Shown: piece by piece, positions 59,413 to 64,000 of the stretch | How the letters are laid out: every line of letters starts with the position of its first letter | Position numbering within the stretch: position 1 is the stretch's first letter | From: Antechinus flavipes | Lineage: Eukaryota | Direction of reading: 5' to 3' | Length of the DNA: 64,000 nucleotides | NCBI RefSeq assembly: GCF_016432865.1 | Contig: NC_067400.1 | Location: forward strand, 620,620,001 to 620,684,000 | Translations under genes and position numbers: made by a program | Notes under the pieces: generated by a model | The model's input: only the letters and a program-made list of their open reading frames with translations | What the model was told of the DNA's origin: nothing | Database searches by the model: none

Positions 59413-61617
59413 CATTTGTGAGTGAGAAGCTCCAGAAACTGTTGCCACCACCAAAGTAGCTGCCTCAAAGATTTATTGCTAACACCATGGAACAGCCTCT
59501 TTTGCATAGGTTGCACTTTGTTCCATGCCTGAATTCCATTATATCTAACTTTTCAAAAATTTCATTCAATTTCTTAATGTTTCTCTTATTTTATGACTAG
59601 ATTTATCTAGTTCTGAAAGATGGAAGTTGAGCTCTCTCCCATAAATATAACTATTAACTTTTCCTTTAAAAATGTGAATGCTATGCCATTTTATGACATT
59701 TAGTGCATGTATGTTTAATACTTATATTAATTAACTATCTATACTATCCTTTACCAAAATGTAGTTTTCCTGCTTATCTTTTAATTAAGATTATTTTTGC
59801 TATTCCTTTGCATGAAATCATGATTGTTACCCCCTTATTTTAAACGTTAGCTGAAGCATAATAAATTCTGTTCCAGCATCAATTGTCTTTACTCTGTGTG
59901 TAGTGCTCTGCTTTAAGTGCATTTCTTGTAAATAGCACATTGTTGGATTTTGTTTCTTAAATCTTGTTATTGGCTTTCATTTTATGAGTGAGTTTATCCC
60001 ATTCCCATGCACAATTATAATTACATCTATGTATTTCCCTTCATATTATTTTTTCCCCTGTTATCCTTCTCCATTCAGTTCTGTCTGTCTCATTCTCCTT
60101 TACCTTCCTCTGCCCCTCTTTCTTTCTCTCTCTGTCTGTCTCTGTGTCTCTGTCCTATCACTTCTCAAATGTCTGTTTGGGTTCAGCCTGTAGATCTCCC
60201 TTTATCATCCTTCTCTTCCATCACCACTATCCTGAATTTCTTTTATCCCATTTCTGTCCCATTTCCCTGTACAGTAAAATAGACTTTTAAACCTATCTGA
60301 GTAACAATGGTATTTTCTTTTTGAGATAATTCTGATAAGAGTAAGGTTCAAACTTTGATTATCATCCTCTCCATTTTCCCCTCCTTTGTAGCAGCTCTTC
60401 CTTTCATAATTCTTTTATGTGAGATAATTTTCCTTATTATTCCTCATAATTCTTTCTTTTAGTGCATCCCTCTTTCTCACCAATTAATTTTATTATTATT
60501 ATTTTAAAAAAAAACATCCCATTAATTTATACCCCTATCCTCTTGTCTTTATATACTCCTGTTAACTGCATAAATAAGGGTAAAGTTCCTAGAAGTTATA
60601 CTTATCATCTTCCCATGAAGGAATGTAAACATTTTAGCTTTATTGTTTTCCTTATGATATTGCTCTTTTTTGTTCATAAGGGATGCTTAAAAATTCAATC
60701 TCAGTATTTCAGGATGAAGCCAAGGTGGAGAGCAGACATGTCTCTTGTGACCTCCTCTGAGCTTCCCTCAAATTAAGAGCAGAGTAAGCCTCTAAACTGG
60801 TTTTGGAGTGACAAAACTCACAAATATTTGGAGTACAACAAATTTCCAGAAGAAGATACTGTGGAAGAACCTCATAAAAGGTTTATTTCACTCGGGCAGA
60901 GGAAGAACTGCCAAGGCCAGACCAGAGAGCAGGAAGACTGAAGCAGGGAGCAGGGTTGGGAGCCAGGGTGCTGCATCTGTGCAACAGGAATCTACTGAGA
61001 GGCTCTTAGGCTACTTTGTCCTGGTTGCAAGCCGGTAGTTAGGGAGACACCCAAAAGCAAATACAAAAGGCAAATTGTGAGCCTCTGAGGCCCATAAGAA
61101 TGTGGGACCTGGCCTTTAAAATCCCCCCAAATTAAACACTAAAATCCTGAAAATCAAAGGAGAAATTGACCAAAATGAAAGAAAGTCATTGAACTAATAA
61201 ATAAAATAAGAAGCTAGTCTTATTTTTGATAAAATAAATAAATCATCGATCAATTTGATTAAAAAGAAAGAACATCCAATTTCCAATATCAAAAATTAGA
61301 TCGTTGAAGCAACCACCAATAAAGATAAAATTAAAGCAATTATTAGAAACTCTTTTGCCCAATTGTATGCCAATAAATCTAACAATATAAGAAAAATGAA
61401 TGAAGCTTGTATCCCAAAATGATCAAAGGAAACCATATGTGCAAAAATATTTAAAGCAGCTCTTTTGAGCCCATTTGATACTGGGACTTCCATCTGGGAT
61501 TGCATATGAATAATTCAACAGGGTACTTAACCAAATACCAGCAAAGGCTTTCCCACATTCTTCTTCCAACCAGTTGTCCAACCATACCCTCACACTTTCC
61601 CTGCCCACAAGTACACC

Positions 61618-61664
<47 letters not shown>

Positions 61665-61975
61665 CATCTGTGAGCTAGGAGCTCCAGAAACTGCTGCCAC
61701 CACCAAAGTAGTTGCCTCAAAGATGTATTGCTAGCACCATGAAACAGCCTGTTTTGTATAGGTTGCACTTTTCTCCATCCCTGAAAAACTTCCCAACTGC
61801 CCTTGAGACAGATTTTTCTTCCCAATAATGTTAGTTAGCTTGAGCTGAAAAATTGTTTCACCAGAGCTTTTGTTAATTCTATTGCTCCGGTATTCAATTT
61901 GAGGTATGATTTTAGAGTTGTTTACAGGGAATTTAGTAGAGATAAGCTAAGGATTTCTCAGCACTGCCATCTGGG
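58805..61975. mobile_element. L1 mosaic (copy B)
   Basis: Paralog of 45203-49015 without the young 656-bp L1. Confidence 0.65.
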
Positions 61976-63329
61976 CTCTGAAAAAAAAAGTAACTACTAT
62001 TTTTAATATAGTTATCCAGTTACTGCTTGAAAAACCTACCACTTCTCAAGGCAGCCCATTCAATTTAGGAAAAATCCTAATTATTAAGAAGGCTTTTCCC
62101 ATACATTGAGCTTAACTTTGCATCTTTGAACCTTTGATTTATTACTCCTAGTTTTCTTCTCTCCAGATGAAGAAAATAGGTCTATGTCTGCTCCATAAGA
62201 ACAGCTCTTCAAGTATTCTAACACACCCCACCTGAGTCTTCCTTTTTCCATACTAACCACTTCCAGTTCCTTCAATTGCTACTTAAAGGCCATGAACTTA
62301 AGGACTTTCAAAATTCTTATTGTCCTCTAGACACTTTTAGGATTATCAAATTTCATCACTATAACATATACTTTCTAAAGTTGTTTGAAATTTTATGGGA
62401 ATGCATATATAATACATAGTAATTTTTACAATTCTCTATATTTTTCAGCTCTTAGTATTGCCATCACTTATGTTCTTATGCATTTTAAAAATTCCAATGC
62501 AAACACCCTTTCTCCATGAACCTTCCCCTAAGCTTTGGTTATGGAAGGACCTCTCTTCCATTCCTGAGAAATCACATAATAAACTGTTTATACCCATTTT
62601 GTGAAGTTTTTTTGATTTATTTTTGTTGTCTATGCAAACTACTATTATTTGCAGTTACTTGATCTTTAAAATAGGAATAATGATGATCATATATCCTCCT
62701 TCATAATGTCAGTATGAGGAATCAATGAGATAACATATAGAAAACATTGAAAACATTTCAATATAGTACAAATACCATTATTTTTATTATTGCTATTATT
62801 ATTACTACTGCTATTCTCACCATTCTCATTTCATCTAATGAGGGTTCAGGTAGAAATAGTCCTATTTGCTGTTAATCCTATTTTTTAGTGGTCTTTTAAA
62901 AATGTATTGTAGATTAGTGTATAAATAGGTAACCTGCTTTTGTCTAATATTAGAGAAGAATTGAAATATAAGTTGTTCGTTGGCAAGCAGGCTGAAACTA
63001 TTTCAGAGTAATTCCAGTGGCTAACATCCAGGAATGGCAAGCATTCCTCTTCCTTTATGATTTTTAATTCCCTCTTTTTGGTCTCTCCATTTTATTCCAC
63101 AAATCTTGGGGATTGTGAATATTTGGTATAGTAAAATCTATTAATACTATTTTAAACTATTAATTTCATTATGTTTGAATGATTATAGGCACGAGTTTTG
63201 TTTGTGATACAGATCTGGTTTATTTGTTAAATCTTCAATTCTAAATGGATTTATAGCAGGGTTTTTAATTGATTTGTTTAAAAGGATTGTTTAATTGGTC
63301 ACTCTGCCCCCATTCAATAAAAATCTATT

Positions 63330-63505
63330 ACCTATTACTTCTAAGATAAAATATAAAATCCCTTAACATTTATAGTCTTTCACAATCTGGTCCCTTCCTA
63401 CCTTTCTAGTCTTCTTACATTTTATTCCTCTCTCTCTCTCTCTCTATTATGATCCACCAACATAAGATTCCTTGATTTCCCCCAAACAAGATACTCTATC
63501 TCCCA
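63330..63505 (+). mobile_element. L2 fragment
   Basis: aaaatataaaatcccttaacatttatagtctttcacaatctggtcccttcctacctttctagtcttcttacatt resembles L2 3' sequence. Confidence 0.55.
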
Positions 63506-63509
63506 ATTT

Positions 63510-64000
63510 CTGTGAATTTATTTTTATTTTATTTTTAGTTTTTTATTTTCTCTTTTTTCATTCCTCATTCACCTATTGAGAAGGTGAATAGCATGTTTTA
63601 TTATGAGTCTTTTGGAATTATGCGAATTAGAGTTACTAAGTTGTCTATAGATGATTGTATTTATGTTATTGACATTACCATATAAATTGTTTTTTCTGCT
63701 CATTTCACTTTGTATCAGTTTATAGACGTCTTTCCAGGTTTTTTCTGAAATCATTTTCTTCTTAATTTCTTAGATCACAATAGTATTTTATCACATTCAT
63801 GTGACATAACTTGTTCAACTATTCCATCCTCAAGGGGATGGGCACCCCCTTGGTTTCCTATTTTTTGTTACCACAAAAATGTTGTTCTCCATATTTTTGT
63901 AAATATGGGCATTTTTTTCTTTTTCTTTGATCATTTTGGAGTACAGACCTAGTAATGGTATCAGTGGGTCAAAAGATATGCATGGTAAATAGTTTTTGAG
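63510..64000 (-). mobile_element. L1 3' region, runs off the window end
   Basis: ctgctcatttcactttgtatcag...ttctgaaatc...gacctagtaatggtatcagtgggtcaaa is the reverse complement of the L1 ORF2 end/3'UTR. Confidence 0.75.

Larger units (their letters stand above)
49637..62601 (+). repeat. Tandem segmental duplication, copy B (12,965 bp; contains OR-5)
   Basis: Colinear with copy A. Homology ends at tacccattttgtgaagtttt (about 62591-62610). Confidence 0.95.

Noticed and set aside
36181-62601. The 13-kb duplication as a false haplotype duplication in the assembly
   Set aside because: About 7% divergence, copy-specific TE insertion and deletion, and a single microhomology junction are not expected of two alleles.

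Overview
Marsupial genomic DNA, inferred from CORE-SINEs of Mar1/WSINE1 type, an RTE fragment and L1 3'UTRs that resemble dasyurid elements. The window holds a tandem cluster of five class II olfactory receptor (OR) paralogs, all on the minus strand and most similar, from my recollection of the protein, to human OR13H1. I label them OR-1 to OR-5. Four ORFs are intact (2410-3342, 11864-12796, 37900-38838, 51496-52434) and one is broken by a single 1-bp deletion (26806-27737). Each OR has a homologous ~500-bp module 4-6 kb upstream, carrying homeodomain (TAAT) sites, O/E(EBF)-like sites and a positionally conserved splice donor. This is a readable promoter plus non-coding first exon. Additional predicted 5'UTR exons are visible, one filled by a 33-codon uORF. 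Structural features: a ~13-kb head-to-tail duplication (36181-49636 / 49637-62601) with a ~20-bp junction microhomology; an ~890-bp, ~98% identical inverted repeat bracketing the promoter of the frameshifted gene; an L1 inserted at the stop codon of OR-2; a solo LTR nested in a SINE; and a CTCF-like plus homeodomain motif cluster near 24.4 kb. The rest is L1, L2, CR1, RTE, SINE and simple-repeat sequence. No tRNA, rRNA or CRISPR features. All alignments and counts were done by eye, repeat family names are from memory, and there is no expression evidence.
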